A stretch of DNA of 64,000 bases from positions 770 through 64,769 of IMG/VR virus record IMGVR_UViG_3300032213_002044. One strand, written 5' to 3'. The stretch is from a virus (Duplodnaviria > Heunggongvirae > Uroviricota > Caudoviricetes). Position 1 is the stretch's first letter. Each line of letters begins with the position of its first letter. Both the position numbers and the translations under genes were made by a program. The notes under the pieces were generated by a model. The model saw nothing but the letters and a program-made list of their open reading frames with translations. It did not search any database and was not told the origin of the DNA. Of this stretch, positions 28,609-38,110 are shown one piece after another.

Positions 28609-28697
28609 TCGTTTATATAATAAAGGTTACGAGTAGGGTTACATCCTCAATCTCTCTTTTACTCTTTTATTACAACTAAAAGTACCCTACATAGTAA

Positions 28698-28730
28698 GGA
28701 TGGCAACGAGGAGGCCATCCTTTTTTATTT
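28698..28730 (+). terminator. Rho-independent terminator
   Basis: GGATGGC-aacgaggag-GCCATCC then TTTTTT. Confidence 0.75.
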
Positions 28731-28746
28731 TCTAAAGAAATCGTTT

Positions 28747-29199
28747 ATGGAAGCAGTTACACAGACTATTTATACAAAACCACCTAAGATGAAAATCTAT
28801 CTTAAGACACTAATAAAGGATATTGGTAGAAGGGAAACGGGTAGAATTGCCGCTATGGTATTCACATGGTGTAAACAAAATATGGGTGTTAACAATAGAA
28901 AAGGATATAAACCTATGTTCTATTTGTCCGCAATGATAGATGATGGACAAATTTGTGGGGATTACGATGAGATAGATAATGAAATTTGTATATATTATAA
29001 AAACCTAATAGATGTTAGGGAATTGGTAGATACAATGATACACGAATGGACTCATCAATTGCAACCATGTCGTACTAAATACAATAAGTTTAAGGGTTCA
29101 TATAAGAAGCATCCATTTGAAGTGGAGGCTTATGCATCAGAAAAAATTTACAATTCGAAATGCTGGAACGATATTAAGGGTAAGATAAATCGTTCATAA
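28747..29199 (+). CDS. Hypothetical protein with HExxH (possible zinc metallopeptidase)
   Basis: MIHEWTHQL motif. Confidence 0.35.
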   Translation: MEAVTQTIYTKPPKMKIYLKTLIKDIGRRETGRIAAMVFTWCKQNMGVNNRKGYKPMFYLSAMIDDGQICGDYDEIDNEICIYYKNLIDVRELVDTMIHEWTHQLQPCRTKYNKFKGSYKKHPFEVEAYASEKIYNSKCWNDIKGKINRS

Positions 29200-29204
29200 T
29201 CAAT

Positions 29205-29324
29205 TAGTTATAACTCGTTGATACTCAATCAAAAATTTTTCAATATTTCCAAAAATAATTGGTAAATTGCTTGGATATGTCATACTCATTTGGTATCTTT
29301 ACTATGTACTAAAAGAGATACACT
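29205..29324 (+). promoter_or_regulatory. Extended promoter/leader repeat, copy F
   Basis: AGTTATAACTCGTTGATACTCAATC ... AAAATAATTGGTAAATTGCTTGGATATG ... TATCTTTACTATGTACTAAAAGAGATACACTATGAG. Confidence 0.5.
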
Positions 29325-29684
29325 ATGAGTTTACCATTTAATCTATCTAAGATTCACGAACATTCTTCCCTAATCGAAGGGTATGAAGTTGTTCGAAATG
29401 CTTTCCCCGTTGTGGGTAAGTTTACCGGAAGGGTTATCACCTATTCCGATGCAGTATTTAACTCCTTAGAGGATTTGGCATCCGATTATTCGGATTGGCC
29501 GGAAGACCAGGGGTTTGGTTCTTCTGATATGACGTTTGTCAGACAAAACTTCATCGATTCGATGATTAACTATGGTAACCTTAGAGGGTACTACGAAACT
29601 GCTTTCAAACCTTATTTGAAGGTGGTTGAGTATTCGGAGTTTGAAAAGGAAGAATATGATTTACGAAGAGAGCAAGGTATTTAA
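29325..29684 (+). CDS. Hypothetical protein
   Basis: 119-aa ORF. Confidence 0.5.
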   Translation: MSLPFNLSKIHEHSSLIEGYEVVRNAFPVVGKFTGRVITYSDAVFNSLEDLASDYSDWPEDQGFGSSDMTFVRQNFIDSMINYGNLRGYYETAFKPYLKVVEYSEFEKEEYDLRREQGI

Positions 29685-29710
29685 TATTAATAAAATTTAA
29701 GATATAAAAT

Positions 29711-29923
29711 ATGAAAGTTACAAAAACTAGTCAATTAACAGGAAAGGAACATACGATGGAAATCGATGTTGACCAATATCAACTGATACGGATTCAAAAT
29801 CGTTCACAATCAAATGAATTAATTCAGAACATCGTTCCTCATTTATCTATGAGTGATAGAGAGTTCCTTATGACAGGTATTACAAATGAGGAGTGGATTC
29901 GAGCATTTGGAGAAATTGATTAA
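29711..29923 (+). CDS. Hypothetical protein
   Basis: 70-aa ORF. Confidence 0.4.
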   Translation: MKVTKTSQLTGKEHTMEIDVDQYQLIRIQNRSQSNELIQNIVPHLSMSDREFLMTGITNEEWIRAFGEID

Positions 29924-29945
29924 TTAAAATTTAAAATATAAAGTT

Positions 29946-30338
29946 ATGAAAAAGTTTGAGTTTGAGTTCTATGGGTTTATCCCTTCCTATGGTGATTTCG
30001 ACCAGGAGTGGGTTACTATTTCAGCTGAATCAGAAGATGAAGCTTGGAAAGAGTTTAATAAGATGTATCGTTATGTGAAAGCTGCAAAGGCTACAGAGGT
30101 GTTTGATTTTACCTTTAAGACCGTTGAGGATTATGAAAAGGCAGAACGAACCGGTTATATCGATGAGTTTAAGATAGTTCGAATTAAAGTTGCCAATAAA
30201 GATGGCGGGTGGCACGATTACCCTATTAAATCGGAAGAGGAGTACTATATCCAACTTAAACAACTTAAGGATAGAAAGGCTCAGATTGTGGAAGTTTATC
30301 CAACGATTCACTACTACGATATACAAGAATATGATTAA
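29946..30338 (+). CDS. Hypothetical protein
   Basis: 130-aa ORF. Confidence 0.5.
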   Translation: MKKFEFEFYGFIPSYGDFDQEWVTISAESEDEAWKEFNKMYRYVKAAKATEVFDFTFKTVEDYEKAERTGYIDEFKIVRIKVANKDGGWHDYPIKSEEEYYIQLKQLKDRKAQIVEVYPTIHYYDIQEYD

Positions 30339-30429
30339 AAATAAACGAAATAATATTTGGTGGTCTCGCCATTATTTCGTATATTTACTATGTAATAAAA
30401 ATTAAATATAAAACTTAAAATTTAAAATT

Positions 30430-30804
30430 ATGGGATGTTTCAGTTTCATTTGTAAAGAGAGTGGTTTGCCAGTTGCTTCATCTTCGTTTAATGGAGATGC
30501 GTGTAGAATGTACCTATTGAAAGATGGTAAAGTAATTGAAGAGATGCGTGGGCATTATGATTCTTATGGTAGAGTGTTTAAAGATTCTACTTATGAGGAT
30601 TCGTTTGAATGGAGTTTAGAATGGGGTAAGGTAGTAGATTTGATGTTTACTAAGAATGAAGGTGATGGAATTGCCGTTATCTTAGAGCAGTATTTCACCG
30701 GTACTATTCCAACGACTCGAAGTGAGAGTGACCCGAATCAAGGATGGGGTAAAAAGAATGGTGGTCGTAAAAAGATTAAAGAACCAATTCACATTATTTA
30801 TTAA
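30430..30804 (+). CDS. Hypothetical protein
   Basis: 124-aa ORF. Confidence 0.5.
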   Translation: MGCFSFICKESGLPVASSSFNGDACRMYLLKDGKVIEEMRGHYDSYGRVFKDSTYEDSFEWSLEWGKVVDLMFTKNEGDGIAVILEQYFTGTIPTTRSESDPNQGWGKKNGGRKKIKEPIHIIY

Positions 30805-30822
30805 ACTTTAAAATATAAAACT

Positions 30823-31278
30823 ATGGGATTAGACATGTATCTAAACAAACACACTTATGTTCAGCAATGGGAACACCAAAAGCCTGAAGAAAAGTATAAT
30901 GTAGAAGTAACCAAAGGTGGTGAACCTACAAATATTAACCCTAAAAAGATTAAGTACATCGTTGAGGAAGCGGGATATTGGCGTAAGCAAAATCAGATTC
31001 ACCAATGGTTTGTAGATAATGTACAGAAGGGTGTGGATGATTGTGGTAATTACTACGTTGGTACTGATGATTTGGAAAAATTATTAGACGCGTGTGAAAA
31101 GGTGAAAGCTGATAATTCGTTAGCAGAAACACTATTACCTTCCGCATCTGGATTCTTCTTCGGCGGAACAGAATACGATGAGTGGTACTTTAATGGCATC
31201 GATAATACAATTGAAATATTAAAAGAAGCACTAACAGATGAGAGTGATTCTTCTTATTACTATTCTTCATCTTGGTAA
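30823..31278 (+). CDS. Hypothetical protein
   Basis: 151-aa ORF. Confidence 0.5.
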   Translation: MGLDMYLNKHTYVQQWEHQKPEEKYNVEVTKGGEPTNINPKKIKYIVEEAGYWRKQNQIHQWFVDNVQKGVDDCGNYYVGTDDLEKLLDACEKVKADNSLAETLLPSASGFFFGGTEYDEWYFNGIDNTIEILKEALTDESDSSYYYSSSW

Positions 31279-31299
31279 ATAAAACAAAATAAAAATAAA

Positions 31300-31560
31300 A
31301 TGGATAAATTAAAAAAGTACAAAACTCAAATCTTCAATGCAATTACAATTTTTTTAATTGTAACATTCGTAATCTACCCAGGTCTAACAACCGCTAATAC
31401 GTTGTTAAACATCTTAGCTGGTATCGGATTATTGTTACTAATTGTTTGGGGTGGATTAGCATTATATGAATATGCTAGAAGTTCGGATGAATCGGTAGAA
31501 GAAGTTAAACCAATTGAACCTACCAATGTAAAACCAAAACGTAAACCTAAAACAAAGTAA
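31300..31560 (+). CDS. Small membrane protein, putative partner of the SPFH protein
   Basis: Two TM helices then a Lys/Pro-rich tail; its stop overlaps the SPFH gene start. Confidence 0.45.
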   Translation: MDKLKKYKTQIFNAITIFLIVTFVIYPGLTTANTLLNILAGIGLLLLIVWGGLALYEYARSSDESVEEVKPIEPTNVKPKRKPKTK

Positions 31561-31561
31561 T

Positions 31562-32473
31562 ATGGCATTGTATGATACAGATTATCAGGCTCTAAGACAA
31601 AAGGAGCGTGATGAACAAAAATTAAAACAACAATTAAAAATTAAAAAAATGATTAAAACAATCGGAGCAAGTATCATAGGATTTATCCTATTAGTAGTAT
31701 TATTCAATTCATGTGAAAGAGTAGATGCAGGGCATGTTGGTGTTAAAGTAAATCTTTATGGTGATAATAAAGGAGTGGATGATGTAGTAGCAGTTACCGG
31801 TATGGTATTCTACAATCCTATTACAACTCGCATTTATGAGTTCCCTACATACATTCAACATAAAGAATACAAAGGTGAGAATTCATTCATTGTAAATAGC
31901 AAGGATGGTTCAGAATTTAATGTATCACCTATTATGAACTATTCAGTACAGAGAGATAAAGTTCCGGCAATATTTTCTAAGTATCGTAGACCTTTGGAAG
32001 ATATCGAAGAAGGATTCTTAAAGACAGCAGTATATGATGCGTTCAGATTGGCAACTAACAAATATACGGCTGATGAATTAATTAGTAATAGAGCAATATT
32101 CGAAATCGAAGTTCGTAGATTATTAGATGGACAATTGTTAAAAGAGGGATTTACAATTAATCAGTTTACATCTAATTTGATTTACCCCGAAACATTCAAA
32201 CGTTCAATAGAGGCTAAGAACAATGCAGTTCAGGCGGCATTAAGAGCAGAAAATGAAGTTAAAACTGCAGAGGCACAGGCAAAGATTAAAGTTGCAACTG
32301 CGGAGGGTAATGCACAGGCAATGTTAACCTCTGCAAAAGCTGAAGCTGAATCAAATAGAATGAAGCAAGTAACATTGACACCATTGTTATTACAATTGGA
32401 GTACATTAACAAATGGGATGGTAAGTTGCCAGTTTATGGTACAGTACCTCAGATGTTTAAGAATATTCAATAG
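31562..32473 (+). CDS. SPFH/band-7 (prohibitin/HflK-like) membrane protein
   Basis: N-terminal TM anchor, band-7 core, Ala/Glu-rich coiled coil AENEVKTAEAQAKIKVATAEGNAQAMLTSAKAEAE. Confidence 0.6.
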   Translation: MALYDTDYQALRQKERDEQKLKQQLKIKKMIKTIGASIIGFILLVVLFNSCERVDAGHVGVKVNLYGDNKGVDDVVAVTGMVFYNPITTRIYEFPTYIQHKEYKGENSFIVNSKDGSEFNVSPIMNYSVQRDKVPAIFSKYRRPLEDIEEGFLKTAVYDAFRLATNKYTADELISNRAIFEIEVRRLLDGQLLKEGFTINQFTSNLIYPETFKRSIEAKNNAVQAALRAENEVKTAEAQAKIKVATAEGNAQAMLTSAKAEAESNRMKQVTLTPLLLQLEYINKWDGKLPVYGTVPQMFKNIQ

Positions 32474-32475
32474 GA

Positions 32476-32551
32476 TTTGTAAAAGTAAAATATTATTTGT
32501 ATATTTGTAGTGGTGGTAGAAATGTCACCACTATTTTTATTTGTATATTTA
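32476..32551 (+). promoter_or_regulatory. Tandem Bacteroidetes-type promoters (TATATTTG at 32500-32507 and TATATTTA at 32544-32551)
   Basis: GGATTTG ... TATTATTTGTATATTTG and TATTTGTATATTTATAGG. Confidence 0.4.
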
Positions 32552-32556
32552 TAGGT

Positions 32557-32697
32557 ATGGAAAAAGATATAGAAATATTAGAACAAGAATTAAAAGAGGT
32601 AGAAGAGATGGTAGAAGGTTACTATCGTTCACCTGAATTCGAATCGTATGTTATCCAATTAGAGAAATCTATGGAGAACCTAAACATCAATTTATGA
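32557..32697 (+). CDS. Small acidic protein (internal Met of listed ORF 32497)
   Basis: MEKDIEILEQELKEVEEM... begins just after the promoter boxes. Confidence 0.35.
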   Translation: MEKDIEILEQELKEVEEMVEGYYRSPEFESYVIQLEKSMENLNINL

Positions 32698-33098
32698 ATA
32701 TACTAACAGAGATTATAGAAAAATCCGATGAGATAGTTGATATACTAAAACAAACTAATTTCTTCGGTGATTACCCATTTGTAGATGAGGATGTTTTCAA
32801 ATACAGATTACAGGTGGCAATGCAAAGGAGATGGGAACAGACAGATGATATGAATCTAAGTTCAGAAGAATTTATTATACTTGTCAGAAAGATATCATCT
32901 GAAGGTATATCCACTACCATTAATGAGATGTGTGAGAAAAATTTATTAAGAATGGCAGTTAATCCTAAAGGTGAGTTAGTATATACTCTATCCGATGGAA
33001 TTACAAAAGGATTAAACCATAAAGAGATGGAATTGATTAGTTTATTCACTAATATAGGTGGGGAGAGTAAACAAAAAAGTAGAAGAACAAAAAAATAA
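32694..33098 (+). CDS. Hypothetical protein
   Basis: 134-aa ORF. Confidence 0.5.
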   Translation: MNILTEIIEKSDEIVDILKQTNFFGDYPFVDEDVFKYRLQVAMQRRWEQTDDMNLSSEEFIILVRKISSEGISTTINEMCEKNLLRMAVNPKGELVYTLSDGITKGLNHKEMELISLFTNIGGESKQKSRRTKK

Positions 33099-33100
33099 TA

Positions 33101-33961
33101 ATGTTAAGAGATATAAAGTTAGCATACTTCAATGGATGCTCGCATACGCAAGGTGGTGGATTAGAAACTGAAAATGATGTAGATTGGAATGAAAGAGATT
33201 CTAACGGAGTTGAGCCTCCTCTTACAGATGGTAGACGAGATGTTCTTAAAAAATATAAAGAGAAGCATGGAATTCCTTATTGGAAGACAAGATTAGATAT
33301 GGCTTACCCTGCGGTCTTCTCCGAAATGACAGGGATTAAAACGGTAAACGATTCAAAGAGTGGTGGTGGTATAGAGAGATTAATTCGTAAAACATTTAGA
33401 TTCGTTTCGGATAATTGGGAAACCCGAAAGGATATGATAGTATTCTTAGAGGTACCCGATTACTCTCGTTTGGAATTCTACTCAAAGAAATATAAGGATT
33501 ACCTTTTATTTAACTACACTATAGGTAATGATAACGATATAGAGGATTGGTTCGTATGTAGGGATTATGCGTTCCGTACACACAATGATGATAACAACTA
33601 CCTCCGTAATTCGTTTCTAGGTATCAAAGATTCGATTTTAGAACCTAAGAGTATAATCCAATCACTTAACCTTAAACTCCTTAATTTCCTCTCCTTTTTG
33701 AAGCTAAATGGGGTTAGATTCTATATCACACGAGATTTGGATTACAATTTGATTCAATTCCCTCAGCCGATGTTTACAGAACACTTAGTTCCCTTTGGAG
33801 CACCATATGAATATGCTCAAAAAGTTAATGGGTGTATTAAGGATGAAATTGATATCGAAGATGTACATCCTGGAGTATTCGGTCATCAAAAATATGCAAA
33901 AGAGATTGTTCAGTTCTTAGAAGTGGATTTAAGCTACTCACATATCGTACAACCCATATAA
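33101..33961 (+). CDS. SGNH/GDSL-family hydrolase
   Basis: Block I-like FNGCSHTQGGG near the N-terminus and block V DVHPGVFGH (DxxH) near the C-terminus. Confidence 0.45.
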   Translation: MLRDIKLAYFNGCSHTQGGGLETENDVDWNERDSNGVEPPLTDGRRDVLKKYKEKHGIPYWKTRLDMAYPAVFSEMTGIKTVNDSKSGGGIERLIRKTFRFVSDNWETRKDMIVFLEVPDYSRLEFYSKKYKDYLLFNYTIGNDNDIEDWFVCRDYAFRTHNDDNNYLRNSFLGIKDSILEPKSIIQSLNLKLLNFLSFLKLNGVRFYITRDLDYNLIQFPQPMFTEHLVPFGAPYEYAQKVNGCIKDEIDIEDVHPGVFGHQKYAKEIVQFLEVDLSYSHIVQPI

Positions 33962-34003
33962 TCTTATTTTCGATATTTATTATCGTAATATAGTTTATTC
34001 AGT

Positions 34004-35947
34004 ATGGGATTTTTTAAAAGTATAGGTAACGCATTTAAGAAGATTGGTAAAGCAATAAGTACAACGGTAGGTAAAGTAGTTGGTACGATAGCTGCAGTTG
34101 TAGCTGCTCCTTTTACCGGTGGACTTAGTTTATTATCATTACCTCTTATATTGGGTAAAAGTAAAGGTCCAGGACAATCTCAAACGGAAGAAATTGTAAA
34201 AAAGGAGCCTCCAAAGCCTGACTCAGCTGTTAAAACATTTCCGGTAAAATCCCCACCTCCTATTGTACCTTCAGTTGCTTCATTGGAAATAGTTGAACCT
34301 TTTATTGGATTGGGTGCAACCACAGGTAAAAAAGAGGCGGTAACATTAACGGGTTATTATTATGATGTAAACAGAATAACTATACCAATTGATACTGATT
34401 TAACAAATGTAGTAGTTGTACCTGAAACATTTTTTCCATATATTGCCGTAGTTGATAACCATCTTCCTTCCGATAAGAAAAGATATATTTCAGAGTTTAC
34501 ATTTACTACTCTTTCTATTGCACATAGAAATAATTTAGATAAAGTAATACATGATTTGGATAGAGATAATGGAAACTTTGTTTATATAAATTTTGATTGG
34601 CAAGATTTTGTAAATAAATATCTTTCTCAAAGTAAGGGATTAACTACAGATGGTGGTATATTATATTGGTCGATGGACCCGATTTTTATGTTACAATGGT
34701 TAGATGGAGGGTTATCTTCAACATTTCCTTTAGAATATTCATATAAGATTCCTGCAGGTGTTAAAACTGTATTTGATTTAAAAGGAGATAGTAAAGAAGC
34801 AACTATTGCACCTAGAACTGAAGCGACCGTACCTATAGACCCAAAGAGACGAGATAGAATAGCAAATATACTTAGTAGTATAGGAGCGGGAGTTGCTTAC
34901 GCAAATTTAGCCATAGCAGCAGTTGGTGGAGTAAAAAGTAGATTAGATAATGCAAAAGGAGCTATAAAGAATTTATCTAAAACTGCTAAAGATTTAAGTG
35001 ATAAATTTAAAAACTTTAAACCAGCTGAATTAAGTAAAGATATGATTAATGGTAAGATACAGGGGCTTAAAGATTTGGTTAATACAAAACTTCCTAAAAT
35101 ACCTTCTATTAAATCATTCTTTAAACGAAAAAACCCTATATTAAAACCAGAAGTTACACCTGAAAATGAAAATCTTTTAAGAACTCCGAAAGATAAAAAG
35201 ATTAGAGCTAAGTTTGGATTAAAATCAGTAACAGGAGCATTAGATAAAGTTGGTAATAAATTAGATAAGGTAACATCTAAAGTGGATAAGGTTGTAAGTA
35301 AAATACCAAAGATACCACCTGCTGCATTAAGCCTTGCACAAAAATTAGCCGGTGGAGGTAAACTTGATATTGGTTCGTTGGTATCAGTTGGATTACCTAA
35401 TTTAAGTAATGTAAATCTTAAAAGTTTTATACCTAATTTTAATAATATAAATTGGTCAGACCCATTAGCTGCAATCGATGGTATTACTGCTGGTATAAAT
35501 GGAGTTAGTAGTTTAGGAGAAAGGGTTGTGAGTTTAGATTTAAAAACAAATTCTCAAAAACAAGCAGAACTAAGTGCAATTAATCAAGCAAAAACAGATA
35601 AAATACTATCACAATTACAAACAACTGCAAAATTAGATTTACAAAATTATTTAAAAACTATACCATTATCAGTTCCATTACCTGCGAGACCAACCGTTGT
35701 CCCAACAATCTCTAGAAATGCAACCCCTGCACCTACTAATGCGGGTGGGTTAGTTACTGTTATAAGTGATAGAGCATATTTTCATTCCACACCAAATACT
35801 GTTTCTAAAAGAAATGCATATATTGTTAAGGGACAAGGAGGAACATTTACTAAAGTTGAAAATAATTTCGGATACTTACGATTTACCAATGCAAAAGGAA
35901 CGGTGACAGAGGGTTGGTTGCCAGTTTCGGATACAAAAATGGGTTAA
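34004..35947 (+). CDS. Large Lys-rich protein with N-terminal hydrophobic segment and C-terminal SH3-like domain (possible virion or injection protein)
   Basis: 647 aa; hydrophobic GTIAAVVAAPFTGGLSLLSLPLIL; K-rich repeats; C-terminal ...GYLRFTNAKGTVTEGWLPVSD. Confidence 0.5.
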   Translation: MGFFKSIGNAFKKIGKAISTTVGKVVGTIAAVVAAPFTGGLSLLSLPLILGKSKGPGQSQTEEIVKKEPPKPDSAVKTFPVKSPPPIVPSVASLEIVEPFIGLGATTGKKEAVTLTGYYYDVNRITIPIDTDLTNVVVVPETFFPYIAVVDNHLPSDKKRYISEFTFTTLSIAHRNNLDKVIHDLDRDNGNFVYINFDWQDFVNKYLSQSKGLTTDGGILYWSMDPIFMLQWLDGGLSSTFPLEYSYKIPAGVKTVFDLKGDSKEATIAPRTEATVPIDPKRRDRIANILSSIGAGVAYANLAIAAVGGVKSRLDNAKGAIKNLSKTAKDLSDKFKNFKPAELSKDMINGKIQGLKDLVNTKLPKIPSIKSFFKRKNPILKPEVTPENENLLRTPKDKKIRAKFGLKSVTGALDKVGNKLDKVTSKVDKVVSKIPKIPPAALSLAQKLAGGGKLDIGSLVSVGLPNLSNVNLKSFIPNFNNINWSDPLAAIDGITAGINGVSSLGERVVSLDLKTNSQKQAELSAINQAKTDKILSQLQTTAKLDLQNYLKTIPLSVPLPARPTVVPTISRNATPAPTNAGGLVTVISDRAYFHSTPNTVSKRNAYIVKGQGGTFTKVENNFGYLRFTNAKGTVTEGWLPVSDTKMG

Positions 35948-36011
35948 GATATAATCTAAAAAAGGTTGGTAAAAAAACTTTTTAATACTTATTGTTATAA
36001 ACCCAATCGAT

Positions 36012-36383
36012 ATGAAGAGAATATATTATCGTTTAAATTGGAAAAACTATTTAAGTGATGTTGAGGGTGAAGGTGGTTTCTCAGGCCATCTAAAAAATAA
36101 GGGCGATATTATCTATCAAACTTTTTTCAAACAAATTAAGACTGCTTCCGCAAGGAATTTAAAAGAACTATGTATCACTATAGATGATTACTCTCGTACT
36201 ATGATTGTAATTTCTAGAGATGAATATGCAGAAGTTCTATCTATGTGTATGATGTATTTTCAAAATAAAGAAGAGTATGAACAATGCGTTGAAATTAGAA
36301 ATCTGATACAGAAGATAAACACTAAAAAACTATCTTCTAAGGTTAGTAAGAAAGAGAAATTGATTCTTATGAAGATTGGTTAA
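36012..36383 (+). CDS. Hypothetical protein
   Basis: 123-aa ORF. Confidence 0.5.
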   Translation: MKRIYYRLNWKNYLSDVEGEGGFSGHLKNKGDIIYQTFFKQIKTASARNLKELCITIDDYSRTMIVISRDEYAEVLSMCMMYFQNKEEYEQCVEIRNLIQKINTKKLSSKVSKKEKLILMKIG

Positions 36384-36416
36384 GTTATGAGAGAGGAATA
36401 ACCTAACATTAAATTT

Positions 36417-37268
36417 ATGGGTAAAGTATCTAAAAGGATTACAAAGAGTGCTACAGAGCAAACAGTTACAAACACAATTGGAGAAATTGTAGAAAACAAA
36501 GTAGGAGGGATACCAAAATTAATATCACCAATAGAATTTAAAACAAGAAACCAAAAGAGATTGTATAAGGCAATCGAATCACACAAAAATAATATAGTTA
36601 TGGCTCATGCATTGGCAGGGGCAGGTAAAACATTCATAGGAATACAAAAAGGTATAGAGTTATTATACCAAAGGAATAGTGGAATATATAAAATGGTTAT
36701 TATAAACCCAACCGTCGATGTTGGTAACGAAGATAAGTTAGGTCACCTTCCTGGTGATTTGATGGAGAAGATAGCTTATCATAACGAATCGTCAATAGGA
36801 ATACTTCATAAAATTATAGGAGAAAAAGAAACCACTCGTTTGATTGAGTTGGGTAAGTTGGAATTTAAGGTTTTAAACTTCCTTAGAGGGATGAACTTTA
36901 ATAATACATACATCTTTATGGATGAGTCACAGAACGCTTCTCCTGCTCAGCTAAAAACACTCGTAACGCGTATATCAGATGATAGTAAGATGGTAATATG
37001 TGGAGACCTTTCCCAATGTGATAAATTTAGAGCAAATGGAGTACCTGCATATCAAAAGAGTGGGTTCTATGATATATGGAATAGATTTATGGGGGTAGAG
37101 GGTGTATATCAAGTGGAGTTCTCAAAAGAGGATTGTGTAAGGAGTGGTATCGTAAAGAGATTATTGGAAAGATATGATTTGGAAGAAGAAATAAGATTAG
37201 GTGAAAGTAAAACACAACCAGATTTGGAAAATTCAAAAAGTTTTTATACCTTTGTAGAAACCGAATAA
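36417..37268 (+). CDS. phoH: PhoH-like ATPase
   Basis: AHALAGAGKTF Walker A; IFMDESQNASPAQLKTLVTRISDDSKMVICGDLSQCD matches the PhoH DEAQN...TGDxxQxD block. Confidence 0.7.
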   Translation: MGKVSKRITKSATEQTVTNTIGEIVENKVGGIPKLISPIEFKTRNQKRLYKAIESHKNNIVMAHALAGAGKTFIGIQKGIELLYQRNSGIYKMVIINPTVDVGNEDKLGHLPGDLMEKIAYHNESSIGILHKIIGEKETTRLIELGKLEFKVLNFLRGMNFNNTYIFMDESQNASPAQLKTLVTRISDDSKMVICGDLSQCDKFRANGVPAYQKSGFYDIWNRFMGVEGVYQVEFSKEDCVRSGIVKRLLERYDLEEEIRLGESKTQPDLENSKSFYTFVETE

Positions 37269-37272
37269 AAAA

Positions 37273-37710
37273 ATGGAAGAAATTAAGATTACAATTGAAA
37301 AAAGTGGTGAACTCTCTGTATTACATTTAAAAACAGATAAATCTTTATTTGATATTATAGATGCTATTGGAAAGATTACCAAAGAAGAAGATGTTGCTTC
37401 TTTTATAGAAAAACAATTATTATTAGATGGTAATGAAACTTTTATATATGAATCACCTGATAATGGTGGTACTATATATAGAAGGAAGATTGGTGAAAAG
37501 AAAAGAGAAGTAATCACTAAGAAACAATTCAAAACTGAAACCTTACATGATATGGGTGGAAGTTATGAAGCCGAAGTTAAAGAAACTGATGGTTGGAAAT
37601 GTTCTTATTGTGGTGAGAATACTTTTGAAGTTGAATCCGATTATTTAGTAGGAGTTGACCATTTATCCTGTCTTTTAAAGTATGACATTGAAAAAAAAGA
37701 AAAAGGATAA
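37273..37710 (+). CDS. Hypothetical protein
   Basis: 145 aa; contains CxxC (WKCSYCGEN). Confidence 0.45.
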   Translation: MEEIKITIEKSGELSVLHLKTDKSLFDIIDAIGKITKEEDVASFIEKQLLLDGNETFIYESPDNGGTIYRRKIGEKKREVITKKQFKTETLHDMGGSYEAEVKETDGWKCSYCGENTFEVESDYLVGVDHLSCLLKYDIEKKEKG

Positions 37711-38110
37711 ACCGGATTTAGTAGTATGGGATGAAGAACGTGGTTACTATCAGAGAGAATTAACTTATGGTAGTAATCACGGAGCTCCCGCTATTAAATT
37801 AGAGGATGTTTCTGGATGGAAATCGAGAGGGGTAGTTAGAGTTAACCATCACTTTAAATCTCGCTACGAAGAAATAAAAGCAGAAGCACAAAACCTAATT
37901 GATGAATACAATTGGAATGAGTTAGTTTATACCGCTCAATTCAATTTTCAACCTGTAATGGGGGAAACATATCATCTTTATATGAGAGAAGATGAATCTG
38001 TTTTTCTTTCTCTTATACCTCCGAATGCTTGGAAACAAAAATATATAGCTTCTTTTGAATTGGATAGTAGAGAGAAGTGGGTTAAGATAAATTTTGAACA
38101 TGAATTATGA
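37682..38110 (+). CDS. Hypothetical protein
   Basis: 142-aa ORF. Confidence 0.45.
   Translation: MTLKKKKKDKPDLVVWDEERGYYQRELTYGSNHGAPAIKLEDVSGWKSRGVVRVNHHFKSRYEEIKAEAQNLIDEYNWNELVYTAQFNFQPVMGETYHLYMREDESVFLSLIPPNAWKQKYIASFELDSREKWVKINFEHEL

Noticed and set aside
30190-30405. ORF 30190-30405 (+) overlapping 29946-30338 in another frame, plus the other internal or antisense ORFs (3432-3725, 4312-4527, 4594-4812, 5938-6414, 6987-7346, 7772-8029, 12422-12739, 13850-14095, 15771-16058, 19037-19417, 20002-20244, 21108-21329, 22669-22878, 24463-24663, 25161-25361, 27660-27842, 30030-30326, 30950-31147, 31374-31568, 32230-32412, 32771-33049, 36380-36586, 37233-37532, 40466-40669, 40743-40952, 41747-41995, 43203-43397, 43638-43865, 44436-44639, 47202-47417, 47754-47981, 51272-51502, 56421-56624, 59239-59439, 60095-60295, 60948-61187, 62268-62576)
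   Set aside because: All are embedded in, or antisense to, longer ORFs with better support (motifs, operon packing). AT-rich DNA produces many spurious open frames on the opposite strand.
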